A stretch of 62,052 nt of DNA, from the NCBI GenBank assembly GCA_001938485.1, contig MQRK01182049.1, positions 24,808 to 86,859 of the forward strand. Direction: 5' to 3'. Made by a program: the position numbers and the translations under genes. This document shows, one piece after another, positions 1-12,850 of this stretch; the first letter of the stretch is position 1, and every line of letters starts with the position of its first letter. This stretch comes from Girardia tigrina (lineage: Eukaryota). The notes under the pieces were generated by a model. It searched no databases and had not been told where the DNA came from. It worked only from the letters and a program-made list of their open reading frames with translations.

Positions 1-1127
1 AAATAGTTGGTCGAAAATCTCCCCCAGTACGATTCCCGATAAACATCCAAAAACTGCTCCGAGTAGTCCGCTCATTAGGACAATCATCAGTTGATAAATC
101 GGTATACCCAATGACCCAGCGAGAGATTCTTTAAACATTTCATCGAATATTCCACAGAAAACGCCTCCAAATATCGCTCCATGAGTACCACTAATTACCC
201 CACCAAAAATACCCGCACAAAAACTACAAAACACATTTCCACCGTCTCTATTTATAATTCCATTTATCACTCCGCTGATCATTCCGCCAAATATTCCGCT
301 CCCTATCCCCCATAACACAGCGTTCGACAAATTACTCAATAAATTCACAAAAAATTGGTTCAAGACTTTTCTATAAATGTATGCAAATATCATAGGTGTC
401 ACATAGACAAATATCTTCCAGGGGAAAATCGAAAACAAAGATGTATACTGTTGCGCAAAACCTCCAGAAGTAATGAGTCCGAAATATTCACTAAAATTTG
501 AGAGAGCGCTATTTCCGCAAATACCACTCACTATTCCGCCTAGTATTCCACAGATCATACTTTTCGTCATTCCACCGTGTATACCCACAAATCCACCAAA
601 CATAGCACCTCCTACAATCCCGATTTCACTCAAATTAAACAGTCCACGCGACAGTGCCCCTTCCAATCGATGTAACACCAGGCCCACAAATCCGTAAACG
701 ATTAGCATTAATATTAAGTCTGTGTATCCGTACAGTTTTCCACCATATATTACATCGAAAATCCCCCTCACAACTCCACACACTGATCCAGCCGAAACTC
801 CCAACAGTGATCCCCATAGACCCCCTACAACGAACCCAAGCATTGCCCCAAAAAAGCTGTATATGACTACTCCGTAAACCAAATTCAAAAATCCGGACGG
901 CAGAAACTCCAACCACATTTTATGTTCTTGATTCAATAATACAAACACTTCACTATTTTCAATTGACTTGAAATTCTTTCGTTTTTGAAACAAATTCCCG
1001 ATGTCCCACTTTATAGATCCTATTGGTTCCATTTGATCTAAAACATATTTGTTTCCCAAGGACGATTTGTATGGAAAATGTGATCTTCCTTTGTCGCTAT
1101 TATTACCGTAACCAGAGAAGCTCGAGC
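1..1127 (-). CDS. Long exon, incomplete at the window edge, of a TRAF-like protein: N-terminal half of a MATH domain followed by about 300 aa of glycine-zipper multi-transmembrane repeats
   Basis: I translated it manually and found no stop codon from 1127 to position 1. Acceptor ttattaaccacAG ends at 1128 (phase 1). It reads ...GSIKWDIGNLFQKRKNFKSIENSEVFVLLNQEHKMWLEFLPSG (MATH beta1-beta3-like), then FLNLVYGVVIYSFFGAMLGFVVGGLWGSLLGVSAGSVCG...GIVGGAMFGGFVGIHGG...GIGSGIFGGMISGVING...GIFGGVISGTHGAIFGGVFCGIF. It is probably missing from the ORF track because it runs off the window. Confidence 0.85.
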
Positions 1128-1174
1128 CTGTGGTTAATAAATATGTTTTAATGTAATTAATTTTTTTATAGTAC

Positions 1175-1385
1175 TTTTTGTGCTTGAAATATTTTTCATT
1201 TGATTCGTAATGTTTTTCAGTTCTTTTTTTAATTCTTCGATTTCTTTTCCGTGTTTGCGACAATCGCTCTTTAATATAGGCACATCTGTTTCGTATAATT
1301 GTCGCGTTTCTGTCAGAGATTTATTCGTTTCGATGATTTTGCCATCGAATTCTTTTAAATTTGATTCCAGCTGATCTATTCTCTT
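1175..1385 (-). CDS. Internal coiled-coil exon of the same gene
   Basis: Acceptor tttcAG (ends 1386) and donor GTAC (1174). The 47-nt intron 1174-1128 joins in frame (A|GC = Ser). Reads KRIDQLESNLKEFDGKIIETNKSLTETRQLYETDVPILKSDCRKHGKEIEELKKELKNITNQMKNISSTK with a heptad pattern. Upstream exons not identified. Confidence 0.8.
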
Positions 1386-1449
1386 CTGAAATTAGAGATA
1401 CATTTATTCCAAGAGACTAATACCGTAAAAGATTTTAATGAATAAAAAA

Positions 1450-1658
1450 GATATATACATAGAGAAGCTGGCCTACTCATTCGACTCAAGGAACTACTAG
1501 AGCTACCGACGCGAAAAAACTTTAGTAATTTAGAAGAGACGAGAAACAATTTTCCGCAGTATTTAGAGTCAATATCGAAGATCAAGCTCATAGGAGAGTT
1601 TCAAAAGTTCACAAGTCGCCTCTAGAGTATACTTGCAGCTGATGGAGACTATGTTTAG
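1450..1658 (+). mobile_element. Degenerate Tc1/mariner transposase C-terminal remnant
   Basis: Ends ...SRL*SILAADGDYV*, typical of Tc1/mariner C-termini; otherwise broken. Confidence 0.35.
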
Positions 1659-1701
1659 ACTTTGTTATCCTTTGCTAACACCTTTAGTATAACTGCACAT
1701 G

Positions 1702-2032
1702 TAAGGTGACCAGATTTTTAGATGGACAAAGTGGGACAACTCCGAAGGAGGGGACATTCAACAAAATTTTCATACAGAATAAAAATAATATAGTAATATT
1801 TTTTTTATTTTTAACACAAGTACAATTTATAATTATAAAAAAATATGTAATATTTTATTCCTTGATATATTTTAAATCTGAGAATATGCTAGTCGTCGTA
1901 GCCCGTAGAATTCTTAGAACGCAAAACAATGATTTTCATAAATATAAAATTTAACTTAATTATAAAAGTCAGGACTTTTGAAAAACGTCGCGGGACGCAG
2001 GACAAATTGTGAAAAAGCTTCTGGTCACCTTA
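1702..2032. mobile_element. Non-autonomous hAT (Blackjack-like) MITE
   Basis: Perfect 13-bp TIRs TAAGGTGACCAGA...TCTGGTCACCTTA, flanked by a perfect 8-bp TSD TGCACATG (1694-1701 and 2033-2040); subterminal GGGAC motifs. Confidence 0.9.
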
Positions 2033-4441
2033 TGCACATGTGATTTTCCTAAATTAATATTTTAAATTGTATTTTTTTAAGGTTTGGACAAGATTTCATC
2101 GACATAGAAAATTAATTTTTTCGCCGATTTCTATATTTAGTTTTAATTTTAAATTTAACATATTGTGTTCTATATTGCAGACATCTTTAAAATTTGTGTT
2201 GTGTATTCTTTATTATTATGACATACATATTAGTTTTTCAATATGCTTTTTATACGAACACTGAATCACCTGAACAAAAAAATATGTAAAAATATGACTA
2301 GTGAGGATATTTGAAAGAAAAATAGGACAATTATTCCTATTTTGATGAAGAATTAAAGTGCAACTTCAACGAAAGACGTGATAAGAATTATGGATCAAAA
2401 TATCATTTCAATTAACAGTGTTGTCCCTTACTATTTTGATTCTATTTGGAGTAAGGAAGAAGACTCATCATTGAAATAAAAGGAATAGAAAATTATTTAA
2501 CGTTTAATTTGTATTTTTAAAGAATGAAAGCGATTTATTTACGGTTACTTATCATGCGTTAGTTTTTACCCACGGTTATCTGAAAAATGACACGAATAAA
2601 TTGGTTTCGTACTGTTTTTTTCGATTGAACTTCTTATGCCAATAGATGAGTCTAATGTAATATTTTTTTCCATTTAACTTGTATTAGTTAAAATGAAACG
2701 CATAAATAAGAAACAAACTAAGCATACGAAACAAAGAAAAGTATATGGATTATTTTGTTTTAAAAGTATAACCCCGCCCTAATTTATTAACCCTTTCAGA
2801 ACCTGCTTATTTTGAGTAAGAATTAACGATTTGTCAAAATAATTTTTCGATTTTTCATTTGATTGAGCATGTAGAAAAGGGTTGAAGAACTAAGAAATCC
2901 TACTCAACCTGAGCTTATTTCTTTATTAAAATCAAGAAAATTATAACACCTAAAATAATTAATTTATTAATTATTATTTGAACTTATGAATGTCTGTAAG
3001 TGAGATGAAGAAGCATGTTATAACACAGAAGAGTAAAATAAAGTCACAAGAGCAACTAAAAGGACACATTAAAAATGTACGGTGGAAAACGTACTTGCAT
3101 CAAAGAGAACAACCACAAAGGAGAAAAAATGAATGTTGGTCGATAACCGAAAAGGAGTCACTCACACTAGAACAGAAATGTTGATCGCCGGAAAACCTAA
3201 CAGATAAATGGATATCCAGCTATCCTTTTTCTCAATCCACTAACAGTGTTACTACAGGCAAGGCTCAACAAAATTACGAAACTAGGTATCATGATAGATC
3301 ATTCTCTAGAGGTTAGCCAAAGCCTGCACGTCCACTGAAAGCTCTCACTCCAACATCTGTAGTATGTGAGGATCGAAATACTCATATTTTATGGGTTCTA
3401 AACTCTTATAATCAGCGATTGGATACCGGTGTATCAGGGTAAATTAAGCTGCTTTCCGCAAGTCGGATACATTTATCACTCGTGTGCATTTCATTTTCAT
3501 TTCGCTGATCAATATTTAAATATTTTAATTTTAACACGTTCCATGTCTCAAACAAAAAGCAAAATGGAGCCACAAATTCAATAGCTTTTTTCGAAAATAT
3601 TGTTTTTATGTTGTCAGAAGAAAACAAAACTAAACAATAAAAAATAAAAAGTAATCCAGAAGTAGGTATTTTTACGCTACTACACATGAAGCTCAAGAGC
3701 GTAGAGTGTTTTTAATCCTGCACATTCATTATTCTGAGCCGTATGGGTTTCAGCGAACATGTAACGTGTTAAAAATATTTACAATTAGATTTTGTAGATA
3801 TTTTGAATTAAATTTTAAAATTAAATTAATTCAAATAAATTAAATATTAAATAAAACGTTTTTAATCAAAAATATTAAAATTCAATATGATATTTGACGT
3901 ATTAAAATTAGGTATTAATGTTCAGTGTTTGTATAAGGATATTTGAAGTTAAATATTATTAAAATTAAATATGATTTTTGAAGGAATTGTAGTTTAAGTT
4001 AACCAAGTTTAAAAATTTAATAACTTAAAATTATGATCGAAATAGTTAGTTTTTATTGTAAATTTACTAGAATATTTTAGGATAAATAAGATTATTTATA
4101 TAATAGAATTTAGCGAAATGATTACTAGTCAAAGAAAATAGGCGTAAATTTGTTAAATATACAAAGATATAAATTGTGCTATTTATGAATTGAAATATTG
4201 ATAAAACTGAAAACTTGAATGGCATCATAATAAATCATCATTGGTCATTAAAATCGCATTTTTTCCGTTAAGAGTTAAAAAAATAAGTTGTTTAATGTTC
4301 ATTTCATTATTCTTATTCCTCATTTGGATTGTAATTCAAACAAATTTTAACTTCCTATTTGTTAGGGGTTCTTTTTGGTGAACTATAAATTTTTGATATT
4401 TTTAAATTGAAAATCGTATTTATATTTGAGATAAATTAAAA

Positions 4442-4713
4442 ATAATGTTCTACTAATTAAAATGAAATAACTTATTATAAAATAAAATTTAAGTTTATAG
4501 ATAATATTTTTACTAATTAAAATGAAATAAGGTTTCATAAAAAATTATGGTTTATAGGTAATATTTTTACTAATTAAACTGAAATAACATTTTATAAAAA
4601 TTATAGTTCACAGATAGTATTTTACTAATTAAAATGAAATAAATTTTTATAAAAAAATATAATGTAATGATAATATTTTACTAATTAAATTGGAACAACT
4701 TTTTATAAAATTT
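4442..4713. repeat. AT-rich minisatellite, about 5 copies of a ~57-bp unit
   Basis: Recurrent core TAATATTTTTACTAATTAAAATGAAATAA. A separate 2-copy ~93-bp duplication follows at about 4803-4955. Confidence 0.8.
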
Positions 4714-5659
4714 TGGATTTAAAAAAATCACAATTAGAATAACAGCTTAGGAGTTAAAGAATATTGTAAAGAAGATTTTGATATATCTTGTAACACTATT
4801 TACAAATCATAATGCTTATTGAATTAAATTGTCAACGGAAAAGATTTATTAAAAAATAATTTATTAAATATTTTTAAAATCAAGTTCTAAAATAAAAATC
4901 ATTATGCTTATTGAATTTAACTGTCAACGGAAAGTCTTATTAAAAAATAATTAATACTTGAATGATTTAAAATTAAAGAAAAAAAATTTAGGAATTGAAT
5001 TTTTACAGAAACATGTCCATTAAAATATATATAGATCTAAATTTATGTTTCAATTAATAAATATTGTAAAACATAATAAAACAAAAACAAAATATGATTT
5101 ATGCAACATTGAATAAAATAACACACGCACACACTCACCCACCCACCCNNNNNNNNNNNNNNNNNNNNNNNNNNNNNNNNNNNNNNNNNNNNNNNNNNNN
5201 NNNNNNNNNNNTATATATATATATATATATATATATACATCGATATTATTATTTATATTTAGAATTTTAAAATCTGATTTATGTAATTGAAATATTGTTC
5301 CTCATAAATTTGTTTGAATAATGAAAGTTGTACTAGAAATAAAGTTTTGTGTTAATGACGTCTTTTGATAAAGAACCCAATACTTTTATTAGATTATTAA
5401 GTATGAAATTTGTAGGCATGATTACAATAAATTTAAATAGTTATATTTTTCTTTGACTTAACCTTGTTGTTACTCAGCTTTTATTTAATTTCTACATATT
5501 TTGGCTATTGATCCCATCCATAAAAATTACTTTAAATAATTGATAACTTATTTTAATAATCAGTATTTAAAAAATGGAAAAGTTAGAGATTCAAACGTGG
5601 AGTCTCAGCATCTGAAACCATGCGAAACATCCAAAGTCTATTCGAATACAATGCTAATA

Positions 5660-5900
5660 CGTACCGGAGAGTCTCAAATCGGTTCTGGAAATTCGTGAAA
5701 GGTAAATTTAACCTCAATAATGAATCTTAGAGTCGCCCAGAAACGCAGATAGACAATGAAAAACTGAAGATAACCGTGGCGTCGGTTCTACTACAAAATT
5801 TTTATGATTTATCGCTAACATTTTCTGTTATAAAGCAAACAATATAGAATTACTAGACTCGAAATTGGTACAGTGTAAAATTTGAATAGGTGGATGTAGT
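5660..5900 (+). mobile_element. Mariner transposase N-terminal (HTH) remnant
   Basis: Reads NRFWKFVKGKFNLNNES*SRPETQIDNEKLKITV, matching the mariner WFxKFRxGxFxLxDxxRxGRP motif. A similar copy lies at about 27260-27620. Confidence 0.6.
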
Positions 5901-6265
5901 GCTCACTAAATCTTATCAGCAACAGCAACCAATTAAGAGTTTTTCTAGGTTACATTTAGTTTAATTTTTGATTTTACAATTATTTAAAATGTCTTAACTG
6001 GATTTGCGATCCTTGAAATTTTTGAACTGGAAAAATCCAGATTTACATTAAAAAATAATAAAAAGAAAAGTAATTTTGTTTTTCCGGGCTACGACATTAA
6101 TTGGCAGTTTTTTTATTTGAAATAAAGTTTCGATATTTAGTGTTGTTTTAATAATCAACATATTTTGGAATTTTGAATCGATACACCATTATTATAACGT
6201 AATATGACTACTATGAACGAATTTTAACGAATTTCTGTTCCATTGAAATTTAAAGATAATATCGA

Positions 6266-6757
6266 TTATCTTCTCATATCAGAAAATCCTCCGATAATTT
6301 CATGCAAAAATCGCCGACTGAATTTCGATCCTAGAACCCCCAAATTTAAGTGGGACAAGCGATATTTGATTAATTCAGTCTCGAAATTGCTGACATGAGA
6401 CTTTATGAAATGCACGTTTTTGAATTTGGATTCGAGTACCGATGTTATAAATGCCCTCAAAGAAAATCGATTCGTGTGTCCGACGAATATTCGAATTAGC
6501 ACAATCCCAACAATTCTCATTGGACTGAATACGATTTTGGGCGGCGAAACCGGTGGCGGTAAAATCTGTGACATGATATACGCAGCCAGTCTGAGGCCTG
6601 GAGACAGTCTCGTTGCGTTCATGCCGAGAATGAATTCTCTCGGCAGTGTCCCCATCGATACGCACTTCGTTTGTACAAGATCAGTGACCCTGGTCACCTC
6701 AGTGGATTCCACATGAGTTGTGTTGGGATCGTTGTTGAGTTCATAAAATTTTTGAAG
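6266..6757 (-). other. GC-richer coding-like island of unknown identity
   Basis: An open stretch of about 160 codons on the minus strand, with overlapping ORFs on both strands, inside much more AT-rich flanks. No recognisable domain, and strand and frame are uncertain. Confidence 0.3.
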
Positions 6758-7554
6758 TTACAATCTTATCGAATTAATAATTAAACAATTACATTCCGTA
6801 AAATATTGTTATAGATATGTTAAAATAAGATTTTCAGAAATTTAATGTAAAAAATTAATTCATGTAAGAAATAAAATAAATTTTACGGTAGGTTTATTAA
6901 AAGATTTATTATAAAGTAAAAAAGTTAATTTCAAATTTGATGAAAATATTTAAGTGAAATAAAATCAAAAGTAATATAAAGTTTAATATTTTATTTGAGA
7001 AATGAAAGTAAACTAAAATATTTTTTTGTAACTTTCTTTTATTTTACACGATTAAATAGAAGTAAATTAAAATGTCACTATAATTTTATTTTTGGAAATT
7101 TTAATTGGAATCAAAATATAATTGTAAAACAATTAAATCGATTTAAATGAAACTGCAGTTTTAATTTTATTTTGGAAAACATAATTATTAATGGAAATAT
7201 AATTTTATTTTTTATGTAAAAAATGGGTAATTTAAGAAATGTTAAATTAAACAAAATTGCGATTTTAAATTCTATTTTCAAATATTATTAAATCCAAAGT
7301 AATTTTTAAATTTATTATGAAAACGAAGTGAAAAATGCTATTGTATAGAATTGGGAAATTTAATTGAGAAACAGGTAAATTTAAAGGTACAATAAAATTG
7401 AAATTTAATAAAAGACGAAACAAAATTTTTGTGACAAAATTTTAATTCACTTTATATTTTTTTATTAAAAAAAAGTATAGAATTTAATTCGAAAAAATAT
7501 AATAACCATATTTATATCAATTCTTATTTATAATGGTCTGTGTAAAAAGAAAGT

Positions 7555-7652
7555 GCAAAAGTTCCTCGGAAATATTTGTTTAAAAAAACTAAAATTGTGG
7601 TAGAAATAAAGTTTTGTGTTCATGACAAAGTTTTTTGATCAAGAACCCAATA
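7555..7652 (+). repeat. Dispersed repeat ending TTGATCAAGAACCCAA(T/C)A, possibly the 3' end of an LTR
   Basis: Related copies at about 5296-5382, 38397-38487, 51376-51501, 33850-33968 and, inverted, 55170-55350. Confidence 0.55.
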
Positions 7653-7689
7653 AGTTGAATTAAAAGCACAAACAAAAGTGTTATGATGC

Positions 7690-8285
7690 TTCCTTAATGC
7701 TCTCACGTTATAAATGTGATCATTTTTGAATTGATTCTTCACTTGTGATGAAAAGTCTATCCAATATGATAATCGAAAACTTTCAGTAAACTGAGTGGAT
7801 ACGCATGAAGCACCGAAACACATTCCAAAGCAGAATGTTTGATGGTCTGCCGCAGGTGTAATCCATTATAAATTTCTGAAACCTGGTTCGTCGATCACAG
7901 CAGATGTTTGCTGCAACCAATTGGAAGATATGATGCAAAAACTCAAAGAAAACCATCCGCATTTTATAAACAGATCGACTCTCATCCTGCTCTATGACAA
8001 TGCAAAACCACATTCTGCATTTAAGACCGTGACAGAAGTACAGGAACTTGAGTTGGAACTTCTGAATCATCCTCCATACTCAACAGACGTAGCCCCAACT
8101 CACTACCATTTCTTTCTCAATTGAAAAACTATTCGATAGGAAAAAATTTAATTCTGAAGATTCCCTAAAAACCCTTCCAGGAATTTATAGATTCTCGCCA
8201 ATTAAATTTTTATTCAAATAGCCTCAACAAGCTGCCGCTGAAATGGAAGAGTGTCGATAATACGTATGCATACTTTGATGAATGA
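7690..8285 (+). mobile_element. Decayed mariner (DD34D) transposase, catalytic half
   Basis: LILLYDNAKPH and LNHPPYSTDVAPTHYHFF motifs, ending in CVDNTYAYFDE*; contains frameshifts. Confidence 0.9.
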
Positions 8286-9945
8286 CATAAATATTTGTAT
8301 TGGTAAATTATCAATAAATTTTGGCTTTAGTTCTACAAATTTCATGCTTGAAGACAGTAATAATAATTTAATTTGACGATATTTATATTTTAAAAATTAG
8401 TTTTGAACTATTAGACGTTTAATTCTAATTCATCAAAACCCTTTTTTAATTTCAAATCAATGAAGTTATTAAACATAAAATTTAAAAGCTCAAAATTATT
8501 ATTTCCAAAAATTATATGTAATTTATTTCAATTATTTGACGAAAATTAATTTCAAAATTTAATTTATTATTTTTATTTAAATTTATTATTTAAAAATTTA
8601 AACGTCTTTTAATTTTTAAATAATTTAAATTTTGCCAGCGAAATGAAAGTTACCTAAATCCTCATAATTGATTATTACTCATTGAGAACATTCAAATTCA
8701 AATGAATTCTCAGGGGAGATAATTCGTCGATTAGCGATACGCAAGTAACACATTAATTTTGTCGAATTAATAAATCAATTAGTGCGATAATACACGATAA
8801 AACACAGCAATACAATTAATGCAACATATTAACGTCAGAAAATACATTCTCGTCCATCCGTTGACACGAGCGCAACAATTTGAAAATTGATTAATTGATT
8901 TAAGTGATTTATTTAAACAAACGATTAATTGATGAATTATTTTTATTTTCGTTTGTCGTATCAATTAATTCATATTCGATGTAATGTTTTACGGAAAACG
9001 ACAAAATATATTTATTACTAAATTGATTTTTGTTTAAAAATTATATTTATTTTTTGAATAATTAATTATTTATTTTCAAATATTAAAGTTGTGTTCTTAC
9101 TTATTAAATTGGACATAATATTTGATAATATTTTTTTTAGTTTAATGGTTTACTATGCACAAACCTTAGAGTCGAGACAACGAAAAATCGAGTAAACTAA
9201 TTATTTTAATAATTAAGGACAATGTGAAAGCCATCACAGCCGTTGTTTGTTTTTTTTGTGATCCATCTGCTGCAGTATCAAAGTGGTTCCTAAAAGCAAT
9301 TGGAAATGAAGGATTTCTTCAACCTGGGCCCTCAATGTAAGTGGTAGAAAAGTAGCTGAGGATGTCATTGTAACTATCCTCATTAGGAAGTTCTAGCATA
9401 AGTGTTCTGTAGATATCGAAAACATCATTTGTTTCTCACTCTCATGAATACATGGCACTTTTCAGAAAAATATACTTATAATTATCAGTATTATGGGAGC
9501 AAAAATTGATATTGAATATATATAAATTGCCCAATTACTCAATTGTCCCATTAGCCAATTGTTCATTACCCAATTGTCCGGTCATACGTTTTTACATATT
9601 TGTCACATTCAATGAATGTTGCACGAAAATTATTTGATTATGGACATTGGATTTTAGATTTTATTTAGTCAAAATATTTTGAATGCTTCATTCGCTAATT
9701 CTTTCTCAATTGTGCATAAGCCCAACTAAATGTATTGTTAGACAAATGTCACAGATAACCACGGAAAGATTTAAAAATACAAATTTATCTGCAATGGATT
9801 GAGCAAGATTTGAACGACTTTCACAAAAGTTATATCTATCTTAATAATATCTTACTAACATATTAGTTTACATAACTTTTTTAAATTGTATGAACTTTAA
9901 ACAAAAAATTGACAAAAAAACTTTAAAACTAATATATTGAATATA

Positions 9946-10560
9946 TTAGGTTGGTCGAAAAATAATGGCAGTTTTTGAGCTTTATACTTTGTCCATCTAC
10001 TTTGATATGTATATAAGTTTAAATGCATTAGTGTTAGATATTATTTGAAATCTAATGTCTAGCTGTATATTCCTATAGCCATTATTAACATATTGTTGTT
10101 ATTTTTTAGAATATTTACGGTGCTAAATTAATAATGGAAAAAATTAAAATTCGAGCAATTTTCTTGTACGAATTTAAACTGGGTCGTAAAGCAGCAGAAA
10201 CGGTTCGCAATATTAATAAAGCGTTTGGCAAGGAAACAGCTTCTAAGTGCACAGTGCAACGATGGTTCCGAAAATTTTCTGATGGAGATGAAAACCTTGA
10301 AGATGAAGAAGGTCGTGTTCGTCCAGTTGCTGTGAACAACGACAACTTGATGACAATGGTGGAAACAGATCCCTGTACAACAATCAGAGAACTTGCAGAT
10401 GGATTGGGCATTAGTCATTCAACAGTCCTGGATCATTTAAAACAACTTGGAAAAATCAAGAAACTTGATAAATGAGTTCCACATGATTTGAATGAAAATC
10501 AAAAGAACCGACGCTATGAAATTTGTTCTGCCAATCATCTTCGCAATAAAAACGATTTTT
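9946..10560 (+). mobile_element. 5' part of a mariner element: TIR plus transposase N-terminus with a premature stop
   Basis: TA|TTAGGTTGGTCGAAAAATAATGGC TIR. ORF 10134-10475 (IRAIFLYEFKLG...TVQRWFRKF...LKQLGKIKKLDK) stops at the W of WVPHDL. An inverted mariner C-terminal fragment follows at about 10600-10780. Confidence 0.9.
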
Positions 10561-11399
10561 TACTAAAATATTTATTATCAAAAATGACATGGATGCACAA
10601 ATATTTTTCACGATATGCTGTCCATTATTTTCAATCACTTTCTTCCACCTTTCCGGTAACTTAATTATTCCTGATTCATAAAAAAAGTCGTCTAGGAACG
10701 ATTTGATGTCATCATCACTGGCGAATGTTTTTTCTATTTAAGGAATTCTGCAGTGGAATTCACGGTGGGTGCGGCATGATTATTCGAAAAATATTAATAA
10801 ATCTTTTTAAAATACTTAATTTTTAAAAATATTAATTAAAAAATAATAATTTGAATCATTTCTAAATAAAAACACAAAACTATAGAAATGTCATCAAATT
10901 ATTAAAATGACTTTAATTTAAATTTTATTAAATTTATTTAAATTTAATTAAATGCTTTTATTTTCTTAAAAAAATTAGACTCAATTTAAATTATTAATTT
11001 AAAAAATAAACTTATTATTTTAATTATGTTCGAATAGTCCATCACTTTAAATTTAATAAAAAATACCAATTTCCATCCGAGTGGGAGAATCACCATTCTA
11101 AGTTTAACATACTTAAATCAACATACAGCATCAATACATTTACACATTCAAACAATTTAAAATATTCCTAAAAAAATGTAAATATAATAAATATTAGTTC
11201 TAACATTTATGGGATATATAATACATATATTTTGAACCAATAAACATTCAATAGATATATTAATTGCAAATATATTCAAAATCACTACTAAGATATTTTT
11301 CAAAACAAAATTTTTGAAAGCTTCTATTAAATATTGAATCTATTGGTTCTGATAATAATAATAATGGTCTTCTAACGCTATTTGTATTCTATGATTGGT

Positions 11400-12032
11400 T
11401 CTCTTCTGTTCTAATACAGATTTCTGACTTCTTTCTTCTATCGGTCAGTATTTTGGATTCGACAATACTGGTTTAGTTGAGTAACTGTTTCTTCCATTCT
11501 CTCTGATATTGATAATAGATCTAGAAAGTTGTTAATGACTGAAAACAAATTTATGTTGCAAAATATTACCTTCACAATGTCCGATTGGATTATTATATTC
11601 CGATCCGGGTTACATTCTGGGAATCAAAACCGTACAATCCTCTAATGTGCTAATTATTAATCCCGGATCTGATAGAAATCATATTCACACGGGTACATCG
11701 CCGTTATGTCCTTGTAAGACAACATGTTGCTGTGGGACAACTCTAACATGATATATGATTGCATCCCTACAACAACTTTCGCAAATGAGGTAGCTTTCAT
11801 CTGGACTCAGATCCATCTTCGAAGAATACGACATGCTAAGATGTCCGCTGTACTGAAACATTAAAAAGCAATTCGTTCACACAATAATCTATTCTTCGGT
11901 AGTAATAACAAATCTTAAATGGTACATTATAGCTGGCCCTTTCTATATCATATTGATATACAAAATTATCTAGACAATATGCAAACAACATTCTTCCTCT
12001 ACGATTCACAATCAAATCTGAGCACCCTTAAC
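11400..12032 (-). pseudogene. DTL: Unprocessed DTL/Cdt2 (denticleless) WD40 pseudogene fragment
   Basis: Exon from 12032: GCSDLIVNRRGRMLFAYCLDNFVYQYDI. Exon 11852-11570: YSGHLSMSYSSKMDLSPDESYLICESCCRDAIIYHV...VVLQGHNGDVPV*I*FLSDPGLIISTLEDCTVLI. Both are colinear with DTL as I recall it (GYSSLILDSTGSTLFANCTDDNIY...GHQNSTFYVKSSLSPDDQFLVSGSSD...VLLGHSQEV). There are in-frame stops and an apparently mutated donor (AT instead of GT). Confidence 0.75.
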
Positions 12033-12779
12033 CTATATATAATAATATATAAGCATAATAATATATAAACAGTAAAAAAGATTTTCACGCAAATTTCTCA
12101 AAACGATCACACGTAAATTGAAGGAGAATTAAGAAATTATTTTTACAAATAAAATTATTTACTTTGACTTTATAATTTGGTTTTTGAAATCGAGATTTTG
12201 GACAAAAGAAATATTTTTAAGGTATACCAGTTCAAGCATTTTCGAGTATTCAGTAGAAAAAAATTGCTTGAACAGTTCTGTAATTTGGCAAATATGATCG
12301 CCAATCAGATGACGAATATCCGACTTGAAGTAAGGGAGTCAATGAACAAAAAGACTCGCTCTGAGATACAACACTTGTTCTTCTTTATTCTTATTTTTAT
12401 TTTACTTTCATATGTAGCTTATCCTTTAAAGTTATCTCTGCTTCATCTTTTATTTAATTATTATCTTGCATCAAATTAAAAGAAAGATGATTCTAGATCC
12501 TTGTCATTTTTATTATCTGTCGCATCTAATCTAGTAAGCATCTCTTTCATAATTTTTATAATATTTTACGTGATGTAATGTCCAAAATACCATGATTCTT
12601 GTCTATTTTTCATAATCATCGGGGTTGTTTAAATAAAATACAACATCTGCCTATTGAATTCTAAGTTTGCCTATGTTAATTTTTAATTCATCAGGGAGTT
12701 TATTACCAGGAAAGGATGTTCTAATTGCTCTAAAAAATTTCAAAACAATATAAGTGTTTTTACATTCAGGTTAATGAAG

Positions 12780-12850
12780 TGATTAATCAGACACCTTAAG
12801 ATAACAGTTGATCCGTCGAAATATATGTTGTCTATAAATATATAATGTCT
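12780..12850 (+). mobile_element. Degenerate Penelope-like pLTR with a broken hammerhead
   Basis: GTTGATCCGTCGAAATATAT..TGTCTATAAATATAT matches the pLTR at 34875-34965, but the CUGANGA core is mutated. Confidence 0.6.

Noticed and set aside
473-916. ORF-track entries 473-697(+), 654-866(+) and 635-916(-)
   Set aside because: They are antisense or alternative-frame shadows of the real Gly-rich minus-strand exon; their Pro-richness mirrors Gly codons.
3412-3500. LIYPD motif as a TRAF RING-adjacent exon of the left-edge gene
   Set aside because: No RING cysteines, an immediate stop and no suitable phase-0 donor.
4442-4713. CRISPR-like repeat/spacer periodicity
   Set aside because: The 'spacers' are homologous to each other, the context is eukaryotic and there are no cas genes. 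It is a minisatellite.
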